NCBI RefSeq assembly: GCF_009914755.1
Contig: NC_060931.1
DNA length: 64,000 bases
DNA from: the human T2T-CHM13v2.0 reference genome, Homo sapiens
Direction: 5' to 3' (one strand)
Under the pieces are notes generated by a model that saw nothing but the letters and a program-made list of their open reading frames with translations, had not been told where the DNA came from and ran no database searches. The translations under genes and the position numbers were made by a program. Shown piece by piece: positions 1 through 13,840 of this stretch (position 1 is the stretch's first letter; every line of letters begins with the position of its first letter).

Positions 1-884
1 TTAAGTTAAAATTGTTAACTTATCACCTTACAATTACCACCTATTCAAATAACTGGATGAAGCAGAAAATCAATTAACTGATCTACTTAGTACACACTAA
101 TTGACTGATTACCCAGTAAGTACATGCGGCTGTAATTGGTGCTGGGAAATACTAAAAAATACACATATAAAAAATATAAATTACATTTCAAAGTATATAA
201 TTATAATGTATGTAATATACATATAATGTAAGTCATATGATATACATATAATATGTATTTATACATTAATAGCAGGAGACAAGGAGACAAGATATACAAA
301 TGCAGAATCACCGAATAGAAGTTTACCTCATTTTACCAGTGGGAGACAGAAGTCGCGGTAATCGTTTCATCTTAATAGAATGTTAGGAAGTGGTTTGATT
401 AACTTACTTTTACAGATGGGAAGTAAAGTAACATCTAAGGAAACACAGATGAGTAAGTGGCTAAGCTGATTTGTCTGACTTCAATGAACAGCAATATAGA
501 AAAAGTGTTTTAGAAAGACTAATTTGGCAGGGGTTTACTGAGTCAATAAGAAGGGATGGAAACCAAGCCAAGGAGGTCAACTGGGAAGTCAGTGTACAAG
601 TAAGATGACAAGGGCCTCAACTAGGTGGGACAAGGAAATGGCTAGAGATGCAAAGACATTTAGAAGAAGATGATCAGAACTTGATGGAAATGTGAACATG
701 ACTTGAGAGGAGAAGCATGATTTTAAGTTTGTATTATATTATTAGTAAAGTCTGGCAGAATGAGATAGATGGAGGTGGTGGGGAGAGGAGATTAGAAGGT
801 AACTGATTTAGTTTTAAATATTTTCCTTGTATAATAAAATTATATAAAACATTTCACTGAAATTGGAGAATGAATAATATGCAA

Positions 885-1770
885 AAAAGGTAGTTTGGCA
901 TACCTATGTATATACCCAAAAGCATTAACATACAGGTCCACATAAAAACTTGTACATGAATATTTATAGCAGCATTATTCATAATAGCCAAAAAGTGGAA
1001 ACAATCCTAACGTCCATCAACTGATAAATGGATAAACAGAATGTGGTATGGACTTACAATGGAATATCACTGAGTCATAAAAAGAATGATATACTGAGAC
1101 TACCTGGAGGACCCTTGAAACCATTATGCTCAGTAAAAGAAGCCAGTCACAAACAACCACACATAATGTGATTCCATTTATATAGACAATGTAAATTTAT
1201 ACGAACAGAAAGTAGACTGGTGGTTGCCTGGGACTAGGGGATTTGAGGGAACTGACTGTATACAGACTGAAGGTCTGTGCCCCTGAAAATTTCCTGTGTT
1301 GAAATCCTAATTCCTAAGGTGATGGCATTAGGAACTGGGGCCTTTGGGAGGTAATTATGTCATAAAAGGCATTAGTGCCCTTATAAGAGAGACCCTGGAA
1401 GGCTCCCTTGTCCCTTTCACCATATGAAGACACAGCAAGATGACGATCATCAATGAATGAGGAAATGAACCCTCTCCAGATACTGGCTCTGACCTTGGAC
1501 TTCCCAGCCTCCAGAACTGTGAGGAAGAACTTTTTGTTGTTTATAAGCCAATCCAGTTCATGGTATTTTGTTAGCAGCCCAAGCTGAGTAAGACAGACTG
1601 CTAATGGGTATGGCGTTTCTTTTTGGGGAGATAAAAATGTTCTAAAATCGACTGTGGTGGTAGTGGTACAACTCTGTGAATATGCTAAACTGAAAAAAAC
1701 ACTGAATTGTACTATTTATATTGGTGAATTGTGTGGTTATATCAATTATATTTTGATAGAGCTGTTAAAA
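885..1770 (+). mobile_element. L1M (L1MB-like) 3' end, interrupted by an MLT1 LTR
   Basis: Typical L1 3' text (atagcagcattattcataatagccaaaaagtggaaac...gataaatggataaac) that resumes after 1595. Confidence 0.85.
1259..1595 (+). mobile_element. MLT1A-like MaLR solo LTR
   Basis: gttgaaatcctaa...ggggcctttgggaggtaatt...ccttggacttcccagcctccagaactgtgag...taagaca. 5-bp TSD GACTG at 1254-1258 and 1596-1600. Confidence 0.85.
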
Positions 1771-3665
1771 AAGGTGGTTAAGAAATTATATTTCCAAGCA
1801 AACATTACGGATTCAGGAGGAGGGTAAAAAAACTGCTAAATATTTGGAAACCATCCACATACACACAAAAATAAATTAAAAAAAAAACTGCTAGGAAAAC
1901 TGTTAGGTCTACATATATGAAAGGCTTTAAGCATGCGGTATTAAAGTATAGTGACAAACATTTTACCATATATTCAATCAAGTACTTGTCTGGAGACATG
2001 TGCTCCGCAAGTTTTGATAATCTATTGTTATGATCTGAATCTTTCCAAACACCTGATTTATCAGATTAGGGTTAAATAATAAACCAAAAATGTCTATGCA
2101 TGCAAAAAAAGGCACTGGTATGAAACTATTATCTTATACTTCACTTTGGATGGTGAGATGATGAATGATTTGCTTTCTGCATTTTTCTACTTTTCTATAC
2201 TGCGTTTTATGAGTGTTAGTTTTAAAATCAGAAGAAAAAAAAACCCGACAACATTGCCTCTTGCCATACACTGCACATATATGATCTGTTCACCTCACTT
2301 CTTCATTCCCTACTTTAATACTAAGGCACTCTATTATATTCGTTTACCTGTTGATTTCTACACACAAACTGGAAGTTCTCTGAGGACAGGGCCAACCCTC
2401 ACTTGATTCTGTATTCAGAGTACTGAATTTACTGCCCAGTTTGGCTATAATTGGAACTCAATTAATACATGCTGAGTGGTTATTGCTCCCCCCTGCAAGA
2501 AGGCTTTCTGTCCCTTCTTTTCTTCAACTTCAGCTCCTCCTGTCTCAAAATTCACTTCCTTGGTTCATCTCTGGGTAATTCAAGTGCAAGCAGGTGTATC
2601 TGCAGAGGTACATATATACGATTAGATGTATACACACCAAGAGCCAACTCCAAATCCAATTTATATTGTTGTATCTGTTTATGCTTTAATCTGCCTGTGG
2701 CACCAGACAATATCTGCCTGCAAATAATGTGTATTTAAAAACTGGGGCTGGCTGACAATTATTCTCCTATATCCAAAACCTTGCGAAAACCTTCACAGAA
2801 GCAGCAAGAGGCAAGCAGGATAGGAACTTTGCCCTCCAGTGCTTGCTTCAGCCAGGTATGAAGGCTAGGGATGGTCTCCCTGGATGACAAAGAAAGAGAA
2901 GTGTTGAGAAAAAGTGTAGCAAAGGCAAAACGGTATAGGATTAAGGAGAGTGGGGAGGGGAAAGACGCACTTGAAGTAAAACCGGTCCAGAAAGGGAGAA
3001 GGGCTGGTGGGAAAGAGCACGGAAAAAAACAATTTAAAGCCCAAGTAATGACAAGGAAAGACCGTGGCAGAAAGAAGAATCTGAGACGAAGTTCCGTCAC
3101 AGAGACCCAGACTGATAGGAAAAAACCTCTGCCAGGGAAGGGAGGTGCCACTTAGAGGAAAGACTTGTGTCTCTAACACAAGTTAGAGAGTGTGCTGGCA
3201 TCCCTGTCCATAGGAGGGACTATGAGTCTGGTAATTTCCTTAAAAATAAATAGCTGAATTAATTTTTCCTTGTTACCGATGTGAATAATTTATTTATCCA
3301 CAGAGGGCTCATATTTACTGGACTATGAGTAACTTCCTCTAGAGAGAGAGATGGAGAGAAAGAAAGAGAGGGAGAGCAGAGGGACAAACCCTACCATTTT
3401 TCAACTCAAAATTGAGGATTAAAATTAAACTAGAACTCACCAAACTACTTCAGATTTCTGAAACATTACAAAACTCATAAATTAATATATTTACTGAGTC
3501 AACTTTACATATGACTAAAATAAGACTAAGCGGTCGTTGAGATGAAAAAGTCATTTCTAATCACTATGACAAAAATTGAATGGGTATCTCCCATTTCCAA
3601 GAAATAGTTACTTCTCTGAAATATTCAAATAATTTCATTTTTATTCTCCCAGTGTCATCTCTCCC

Positions 3666-4051
3666 TGCCTTAGTCTACTCAGGCTGCAATAATGGAGTAC
3701 TGCAAACTGGGTGGCTTAAACAACAGAAATTAATTTTCTTGTGGTTCTGTAGGGTGGAAAGCCTGAGATCAGGGTGCTAGCATGGTAACTCAACAATGTA
3801 GGGTTCTGGTAAGATCCCTCTTCCTGGCTTGTACCTGCCTTCTTGCTATGCACTCACGTGGCTAGAGAGAGGGTATGCTCTTTGGTGTCTCTTCTTATAA
3901 TGGCACTAATCCAATCATGGGAGCCCCATCCTCATGACCTCATTTAATCCTAATAATCTCCCAAAAGCCCCATCTCCAAATAGCATCACATTGGGGGTTA
4001 GGGCTTCAATGTAAGAATTTTGGGAGGGACACAAACATTCAGTCAGTAACA
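3666..4051 (-). mobile_element. MLT1A0-like MaLR solo LTR
   Basis: ctgggtggcttaaacaacagaaatt...atcacattgggggttagggcttcaa...gggacacaaacattcagtcagtaaca. Confidence 0.85.
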
Positions 4052-4223
4052 CGTCCTTCTTCATATTAATGAATGTAATATATCTTCCATAATTTTAAAA
4101 TTAAAAAGCTGGGCTGGCACATTCTTGTCTACTATAGCAGCAATAAATGTGATTTGTCTTTCTGTGACTAGGATCCAACTCTTCATTTTATATACTTTTT
4201 GATATTTTTTCTTGCCAAATTAC

Positions 4224-4225
<2 letters not shown>

Positions 4226-4263
<38 letters not shown>

Positions 4264-4266
4264 TTT
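4226..4266. repeat. (TTTA)n tetranucleotide repeat
   Basis: About 10 units, read directly. Confidence 0.95.
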
Positions 4267-5151
4267 CCCTTCCAAAGCCTCCCTTATCTCTTGCTCTCCA
4301 ATCACACTGTTCAGGGGGATTCTTAAGGCTGGGAAAGAAATGATGATGTATTTAGCACTTTCCAAGGGCTGGGTTCCTAATGCATTATTGCATTTTAATT
4401 CTCACTCTAACCATGAAGTTAGGCGACTAGCAAGTACTGAAAAACTTTGCAAATGAAAGAAAGTTTTAGAACCAGGAAAATAAATCTGAGTCAAACTTCG
4501 GAAGCTATAATTCACAAGGGTGAAGACTTTATATTAGTATTATTAAAAAATTGGAGGCAAGTCAAGGATATGGTACCCCCATGGAATCACTCCTGTCACT
4601 ATGGGCTTCTTTAATAGTCAGATATCGCAGGCTCAACACTCCGGGGAATACTGTCTTCTGTCTCTTCATATAACCACAGAGCTTGGATAACCCTTCTGCT
4701 CCCTTGTGGAAATTCTAGCTTTAATACTCACTATAGTTTAAATTGGGCTTAGCATTGAAAAACTTTAATGACAACATGCTGGAAGGTCATTTGGAGCAAG
4801 GGTGATGGTGTGGTGTGGAGACAGAATAGATGATTAGAGACGATCAGGGACACCTGGCAAAATGAGTGCCACTGATTAATTAGTGAGGCTCTGATTATTA
4901 ACCGGGCTCAGGGCTTATCAATTGCCTTCACTCTGCAGCAGAACTCTGAACTAGAGATATCACTCGACCAAATTAGAACCTCACCATACCACATAATAAA
5001 CTTATTCTGTCTCACAACTCCCAGTCTTGCTTTATACTGTGCCTTCCTGGGAGAGAAGGAAAAGCTTTACCAGGGAATTCGTTCATGAGTAGGAACCTTA
5101 GCACTGTTGTTCTTCAATACCTGGTCATTTGGGTAGGAGAGGGCCCAGGAA

Positions 5152-5264
5152 TAGGGTAACCAACGAGCCCAGTTTGCCCAAGATTGTCCCAGTGTCAGTA
5201 CTGAAAATGCTGTGTCCTGGGAAACCTCTCTGTCCCAGGCAAACTGGGATGGTTGGTCACCCTA
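5152..5264. mobile_element. MER81-like hAT MITE
   Basis: Terminal inverted repeats TAGGGTAACCAAC...GTTGGTCACCCTA with a degenerate 8-bp TSD (cccaggaa/tccaggag). Confidence 0.85.
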
Positions 5265-6658
5265 TCCAGGAGACTCAGAGCAAGAGGCTGTAGAAGACAG
5301 AATTTTTTAAAAAAATTAAGTTCTTTGTTATTTCAGTGGGGCAGGCTGTTTAAAAAAATCAAATGAGCATACCTCAAAACAATCAGAATGAAAGTGGTCC
5401 AGACAGACAGGTTTTATTCTCTTTTTTCCTAATAACTCACTGCTACTGTGTAATAAGGGACTAGACTGGGGGGAGTCCCCTCCTCATACCACAATTCAAG
5501 ATGTTATTTCTCTCTTTCAGTAAATGACTTCGTAAAACTATACGCACCTTGCCTCTTTTGCAGGGAAAGAGCATTGCCTATGGTTAGGTCTACATGGTTA
5601 AATTAATAGTCTGCAGGAAGTGCTGGATCTAAGGAGGCAACCACAACTAGGGGGTCACTGGGGTGGAGCTACCTACACATATAGGATGACAAGGAGATTT
5701 CATCCAGTCTGGTTGGTAGCGATAGGCTGTAAGCTGGGTTGAGAATGATTCTGAAGTGCTGTGTAGGTGGAGCAAGAGAGAGTGCTACATTAATCAGTAA
5801 CACACACCTCTGAAAATGAACTAGCTAAGTGAGTCAAGTTTTCTCTCATGATAGGCTGACTTCAAAGCAACATTGATACAAGGAATAAAAATTAGAAAAT
5901 ACAAAAGTAAGTCTGTCTAATAGAGACATTTCAACAGCAAATACTACATACATTACGGTAACTAAAATGTGGCTCTCAAAACTACTTCTTACTTTTAACC
6001 TCTGAATCCACTGGTTTTGTCTTCAATACAACATTTTTTGCCAAAGGGAGTCTTATGGGCTCTGTTGTGGGTGTGTCTTTGAGTATATAATTATCATCAC
6101 CTCTATGCTCACACACCTTTCTCTTGCAAAAACTCTAATATTGACATCAGCCGGATGTCAGCAAAATGACATCTTTCTGAGGCTGAAGGTTTTCATGTTG
6201 CCTTTGGGGGAAAATAATCACTAGACATTTTCTGAAATGGAAGTGTCTGTTGGCTGAAGTGGCTTCTTTAAAAAGAAAAAAAGAAGCTTTGCTCAAAATG
6301 GAACCAAAAGTATCAGTCATAAAGCATTACAAATGATCTAAAAATATTCTCAAATTGGATTCAATCATTGGTTAAAAATAGTCCAAACACTGAAAGACTG
6401 ATTTTCTCATTTTTTCCTTAAAAAATTATAATGTGCTCAACATATAAATAAGGGCTCTGGCCCTTGAATGTCAGTGATGTTGTCTACCAGTGTCTAGTAT
6501 TGTGAGTTTAGTGTGGTGATTAATCAACAAAAGCTAGCATTTATTTTATCAGAATAAAATTTTACTGGCCCAACAGCAAGTTTAACTTTTTCAAAAAGCT
6601 TATTTACTGAATTTATATTTTGAATGATTCATCATGGGTACTGTTAAAAATAACAAAT

Positions 6659-6745
6659 TATTGCATACCTATATCAAAACATCTCATGTACCCCATATAT
6701 ATCTACTATGTATCCACAAAAATTAAAAATAAAAAATTTAAAAAG
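6659..6745 (+). mobile_element. L1MA extreme 3' tail fragment
   Basis: ttgcatacctatatcaaaacatctcatgtacccc followed by an A-rich tail. Confidence 0.75.
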
Positions 6746-7489
6746 TAACAGATTATCTTGATTATAAAATATATACGCATTGTGGAAAATTTGGAAAATA
6801 GAGTAAATAGATGAAAATAAATTACACAGCATCACTTCCATTCTTTTCTCTTTTTATATACAAATGGATATGATGGTATCTCTAAAGATCTTTTTTTTTT
6901 TTTTTTTTTTTTTCCAAACAAGCTAAGATGGCACCAATCCCAGGGCAGGATCTGAGTCTTGACTATAGTCCTTAGTTTTGAACAAGTACAGGGTGACAAG
7001 AAAGTGCATAACAAAGCTATGACTGAATAAAACTCAAATCTTGGTGAAGAAAAGAAATCAAGGACACATTAAAAAAACTATGGGTACACACATTTTCACT
7101 TCTTAGTTTATATCTTATGGCAGGGAGCAGGAGTAATCTTTTCTTTTTCCTTTATGAATGGTAAAGACAACTGGTATCCTGTCTGAATATAATATGCCTA
7201 TCCAGCACACTTTGGGTAGAATCCAATGATGTGTGATAACTCAACAATTTGGTACAGGAAACAGAGCCCACAACATTCCTCAGAAATTTCACAGACAATC
7301 TAGACAGAACAGACCTATTTGAATAGGGTTTTTTGTTCAGTAATATTTGAAGGATGCAATTTTTCACGGTGGACACATTGGGTTTGTGACAGATGCAAAT
7401 TCAGATATGAATAAAACACAATTAAATGATTCAGACTCTTGAACTGTGCTTCCACAGACCTGATTTCTGCATGGGCCAAACAAAGGAAA

Positions 7490-7650
7490 GTTGGTGTTTG
7501 ACAACTGTGGATGACTCATCAGAGGAAGTTCTTACCATGTGGATGTGCTTGTTGAAATAAAGCTGGTTAACAAAGCTAGCCTTTTTTTTTTTTTTTTCCC
7601 TCTGTGGGCCAGCGAGGGTTTCATTTTAGGAAATGGAAGTGTCAATGTGG
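7490..7650. promoter_or_regulatory. Candidate AP-1/ETS enhancer
   Basis: CAACTG, ATGACTCAT and GAGGAAGT within 28 bp, plus GGAAATGGAAGTG. Motif evidence only. Confidence 0.45.
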
Positions 7651-7865
7651 ACAAACTGTTCTGAAGTATTTATAGCATAATGTAATGTGTTAGTTTCCTT
7701 AAACTGCCTTTGGACAAAGAATATGTGAATGGAAAATAAGATCTGAATTTCTAATACTGTCTTGTGTCATCTGAACTGTATTATGAGTATAAAATGATTT
7801 AGCACTGTGATATGTACACAGTGTGATAGGAATGTAGTGTAGCTACAGTGGGGTGTGCTAGTGGC

Positions 7866-8752
7866 TTTCCAATTAATTTTAAGAGCTCTTTTATTCATTA
7901 AGGATATTACACCTTTGTCATATTCATTCATTTTCTCCAAGATTATCACATGCTTTTTAACTTGGCAGTGTTTTTATTTTCTGATGAACAAAAGTTTTCA
8001 ATTTTTATATAATCAAATATATTAGTATTTTTGTTTGTGACTTCTTAATGCTTTGAAAATATATCTCCATTCTAGGGTCACAGATACTTCCTATAGTTTC
8101 TTTATTCTTTTATGGCTTCACTTTTAATATGTAACTCTTTAAGCCATCTGTCATTTGCTCTGTGGTGAGGAATAGTGAGAATCTAATCAGGTTACCATTT
8201 TTCCCCCATGAAATTGACCAATTACCCTATTCTCATTTGTTGCATATGCCGTTCTGTCCTCCCAGATTTGTGATTTATGATAAATTGCATCACTTCCTAA
8301 ATTAGGGTTTCAAGTCTCATTCTCTATTCTGTTCCATTAATGTCTGTCACTTCTGCTGGTACCACATTATTTTTATTACTGTAGTTGCATAATGTATTTT
8401 AGTGCTTGGTAGCAGGAGTTTCTCTTCATAACTTTTTTTTTTTGGTAACAAAAAATTCTTGGCTATTTTCACCAGTTTAACTCTTCCAAATGCATTTCAG
8501 GAAATCCCACTGGAATTCTGACTGGAGTTGCATAAACCTATGAATTAATTTGGAAACCTTTTATATCCTTACAACTATTCAATCTTCCTGTTCAGGAAAA
8601 TGGAATATTTAATATCTTTCTAATAATCAAATATTCTCTATATCTAGGAAAGTCATTTTTATGTATCTCAATCAAGTTTTATAGTTTTCTTGATATGGGT
8701 TCTACACATTGACTTACATCCATCTACATTTTTGATTTTTATACTGGGAATG
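7866..8752 (-). mobile_element. Old L1M(E) ORF2 fragment
   Basis: T-rich antisense L1 text (ctattctgttccatt, taccacattattttattactgtag, ggaattctgactggagttgcat). Confidence 0.8.
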
Positions 8753-10011
8753 AGATGGAGCTGCTGCTAACTCTGGAGAAACTTACTGCTGATCTTTTAT
8801 CTTTGGACATGATCCTGACTGTTCTCCTAAGTGATGGATTATCTTAGATTTGAAAAGTATAGGAAGTAAAGGACAAGAGGGACATGTGGGGGGATGTAGT
8901 AGAGTCTGTTTTATATTCATAGTGAGAAGACTCTGAACCTCCCAGGAGGGCTCTAAAGGTTAAAAAACATGCAACCAAAAGCACCGAGGATTAGTAAAAA
9001 GAAATAATGTGCAGTAAGTGCTCAGAGGGATGACTCATTGCATTGGATCATCTTTGGGAAACCACCTACTAAGCAGAATTTAGCAGCTAAAGCGTTATTT
9101 TTGGTGCACAGTTTATTGCTACTTCCTCTTGGGAAAAAAAGATTAATCCTAGCTCCCTAAAACACTTAAGAATGGTCACCCTGGCAAACCGGCCTGTCAG
9201 GTAACAATGTTGTTTCCAGATCAGGGCAGTGTTAGGTTCCCTGTAGGGATTTCTTCAGAACAAGGGAGAAGCACTTTACCACATGTTATGGAAAGGAGTA
9301 TAGACCAGGAGACAGAAGATCCAGCTCTTAGTGCTGGCTCTGTAACTGATTAACAAATAAATCCCAGAGTGCAGGCAGGCCACTTAATCTCTGCTCATCT
9401 GCTAAAAAACAGATATCACAGCTTCTGTCGTACTCCATATCATGGAAGAAAATAACACAAAATAATAAACCATGTGAATGAAGCAGTTAAAACTGCTGAG
9501 AAATAAAATTAACCTGCTCAGTAAAAGTAAGGCTACCAATCAAGAACAAATAGAATGAACTGTTACTCGTTCCAAAGTTATTTATTTTTGCTTAATACTG
9601 TATTTCCTTCTCCTTTTTCTCTGTCCTGTGGTTTCTTTTCCTTGTTTCATTATGACTAAATATGCAAGGAAAATTCAATGCTGTTATTTTGGTCCTATCT
9701 TTGGCCCAAATCTCTAGATTTAATTTACCCATGATACCGTGCTGTGCTATTTAAAAAGATCACTAAGAAAACTTTATAGATGATGAAGTTAGGAAAATGA
9801 CAAATAAGGGGATAAATGCGTTTCCTTATTTAGGTGAGGACTATGGCTGAGAAGATTCTGTAACTTAGACATAGTCAGGGACGTGATAAGAGCAGGAGCT
9901 GTAATCAGTTTTGCTAATCATGATTTCTAAACAATACTATTTTATCAAGTATTTAAATGCAATCTATCCGTAGCACATTTAAAAAAAAGTTATAAGAAAT
10001 ATTTTTAAATT

Positions 10012-10315
10012 TGTTATTATTATTATTTTTTGAGACAAGATCTCATTCTGTTGCCCAGGCTGGGGTGCAGTGAAGTGATCTCAGCTTGCTGAAGCCTCCA
10101 TTTTCTGGGTCAATCATTCACCCACCTCAGCCTCCTGAGTAGCTGGGACCACAGGGGCATGCCACCACACCAGGCTAATTTTTGTATTTTTTGTTTTGTA
10201 GAGACAGGGTTTTGCCATGTTGCTCAGGCTGGTTTCGAACTCCTGAGCTCAAGCGATCTGCTGCCTTAGCCTCGCAAAGTGCTGGGATTACAGGCGTGCA
10301 CCACTGTGCCCAGCC
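10012..10315 (-). mobile_element. AluJ
   Basis: Dimeric Alu with J-type ctcctgagctcaagcgatc. Confidence 0.9.
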
Positions 10316-10619
10316 AACACAAATATTAAGGTCAACTTCTGGTTTCAGTACAAACTATTTAGTTTATTTATGAAGCAAATGAACTTACAAGAATGAGAAG
10401 GCTGAGGGGATATGATTATATATAAGATCCATTTGCATTATACATTCTCTAGAGAGGTACAACTCTCTGTCATATTTTTGATTTTATAACTATAAGAGAA
10501 AAATATCACCGGCAAAGGCTTTATGTCACTCATAAGAAATGAAACAGCATTTGATAAAAAACAGCATGTACAGGAATAAATAATTACATTTTGGTAAAAA
10601 TATATGTTAAAAAAGATAA

Positions 10620-10922
<303 letters not shown>

Positions 10923-11532
10923 CGATTGTATTTTCCTAAATGAAAACTTCAAAAATTTTGCTGGTATATTGCTTTTTAATATGAAAGTGCAATAAAAGTT
11001 GTTAAAAATGCAGCCACATGTTGCTACACTTACGGTTTTAGAAAGAGATGAATATGTAGACATAAAACAAAAGCCTTGGGAGGTATTTCTTCTATACTGT
11101 ACTTAAGACTATGTGGCCACAGAGGGCTGCCAGGTTTTACAGACCTACGGGTTAAATAGCAACTGACTGTTTTACTCAAAAACTCCTTTTGAATTTAGAA
11201 AACAATTTAGTCAGATTTTGGAATATTAAGCAAATAAATGTCTACTTCCAATATAAAGTTTAATTACTGACCAGTTAGACTTCTTGATCATCACTCGTAG
11301 TCTTGGCATTGTAACTGAGGGACACATTTTCCTTGAAAATGAAATTCAGATTCTTTCAAACTATAAAATAACTTCTGATCACTTTTGGCTAGATAAAAAT
11401 CCTGAATGAATTTTAAGGAAATATGTAAGAGAATTTCACCTTAAGATCATTATTTTTAAGAAATTAAGTAGATAAAAACCAGTGTGACCTAAAAAGTGTT
11501 GAGTAAATAACTTTTCTTCAACATCAACAGCT

Positions 11533-11700
11533 AATAATAATAATAAATTCAATTTACTGAACACTTATTACAGGAAAGGGGCTGCTTTGCTTTGTTTCAC
11601 ATATGTTGTCTCATTTACTCCTAATAACACTCTGCTAAGTAAATATCATTATCCTCATTTCAAAGGGAGAAACTGAGACTTAGGTTAAGTCAAGATCAAA
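11533..11700 (-). mobile_element. MIR
   Basis: MIR core attatcctcatttc...gaaactgagacttaggttaagt. Confidence 0.7.
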
Positions 11701-13629
11701 TATCAAATTTAAAAACTCAACATCTACTATGCAATAACAGCCAACGACAAGGCCAATGGTATACATACAAGGTGATTACCATGTTTTGGGGAAGCAGGAA
11801 AAAAGAGAACGCTGAGATAAATTTCAAAATTTGATCACTTGCTGAAAGGCATTAAAAAAAAATGAAAGTTTGTGCTGTGTTCATTTATCCCATCTAATTA
11901 AGCAGGGCCCTTTAAAGCTTACAAAGCATTATGAGTAAAAGTATTTAACGTATTACAAATAACATGTTGGTATAATTTGTTAATAGACATTGTATGCATT
12001 GCTCATAAAATGCACCTTCAGATGGTATAATTTTAGCTCATAACTAATGTATACTTTGGATTACTGTGGTTTTGCATGCTAAAAAATTTAAAAGACATTT
12101 TCATTTTCTTTATATGGAAATTTATAAATTTTCCAAAAGATATAGAAAATAAACTTTTAGTATATCTTTGGCATTATTTTTATTAACATCAGTATATTTT
12201 GAAAATAAATGATGTATTTCAAAAGATGAACCTGGAAGTAGGAAGGCCTTGATACCAGGGAGGAGGCTGCAGGCTGAGCATGGAGCAGAGTGACTCTGCC
12301 AAGCCAATCCCATGTCCCACAATTGAACAACGTTTCACTGTCTCATGTCTTACTGACCCACTCATTTGAGGCTGAACTTTTTTGGTACCTTTACCCACTC
12401 ATTTGGGAGTTCTGCCAATGCCCAGATAGAAGGATGCTTCAGAGCAAATCGGGGTCTGCCTCACTGAGTCTTGCTTTGTGCCTGCTCTGACAGGTAGCAG
12501 GACAACACACCCTGTGTTGACCCTCCAGACTGGGCAGGAACCTCAGTCCAGGTCTGCCATTGACCGGCTGTGACCCTCGTGGGCAACACTAACTGACTCA
12601 GAGTCTCTTTAGTCTATTCCAGAGTGGGTTCCTTGAATGCCTTGAAGGAACATCACTTACCTACTAAATTATAATAAAAATGTCCTCAAATTAAATATGT
12701 CTTCTTCACTAGTGCTTGAAGATGTCTTTTGACCCCCCCAGAGTTAAACATTGGATGCCAATGATATGCTGAAAATTACTAACTTTTGCTTTTCCAGGAG
12801 AACCACCATATCTCATCAGATCTAAGATGTCACCAGTTGACTGCAATTCACATTTTGATTTTTAGAAATAAATGTGAAAAAAATGTAGATCTTAGAAACA
12901 CTGCAATGTGGTAGAATAGTTGGCAAAATAGCAATTTTCTTGTTGGGGGGTGATGAAATGCTTCAGCTACACTGTGTTCAGATTCTCCTGATGTTATCCT
13001 GGGACTTATATCATCTGCTTCTTTATGGATCCACTTAATATTTCATTCAATGAATACAGATTTACTGAAAATATTTTCTCAAAATATTAAAAAAAATCTT
13101 GGCGCTTTGGTGAACACACGTAGAAAACCTGCCTCCTTAAAGTTCTTGAAATAAAGAAAGTACATATGAGATAGATTCTTTGCTAAGCACTTCTGAGTTA
13201 CAATGAGTTATTTCTTGATAACCAATGAACAATAGCGACATTATTAAACGTTTGTTCTGCAAAAGGCAGTAAAAAGGACTATGGGGTAAACTCTTTTGAC
13301 GTAACTTGGTGACCAGATCCTTAGGTTCTTTTGCATATTAGTGGTCTGAGGAGCATGTTAGGAGACTGACAAAAATAGTCTCAATTAAACGCTATTCTCT
13401 TCCTTCAAGAAAAGCTTTCTTGCTCAGCAGTATTACTGGACAGCATGGCTTTGGTGCTTAAAGCCTTCCTGTTCTCACTGGAAAATTGGAGTCAGTGTCT
13501 TAGGCACCACCATGCTGCGGCACCCTCACGCCTAATGATCACATCAGACTGTACAGGCTTCAACCACTTTAAACAATTTCCTTTGTCTCCCCTTCCTTTT
13601 CTGTAAATTTTTTTGTTGTTTCGTTGTTA

Positions 13630-13840
13630 TGGGTAGTGACAGTTTCTGGTTTCTTTCATTTGCCAACGGTTTCCTTTACCACAGCCTCTATTCCTCCTGC
13701 TGGAAGCCTGGCACCATTGGAAGCTGGAATAAAAACCACAACTGAATAGCCTGGCACTTACTTTAACAGTCATTTCCAACCACAGATTAATACTGTTACT
13801 GGATTTGACTAACGGCTCTCAATCAGCCCAACTGTCATCA
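13630..13840. promoter_or_regulatory. Candidate MYB/RUNX intronic enhancer
   Basis: Three ACCACA, four YAACKG and two TGACAG/CTGTCA sites in about 210 bp of non-repeat DNA. Motif evidence only. Confidence 0.5.

Noticed and set aside
2871-3155. 94-aa K/R-rich ORF antisense to CDK6
   Set aside because: It reflects purine-rich composition; no recognisable domain, promoter or splice context.
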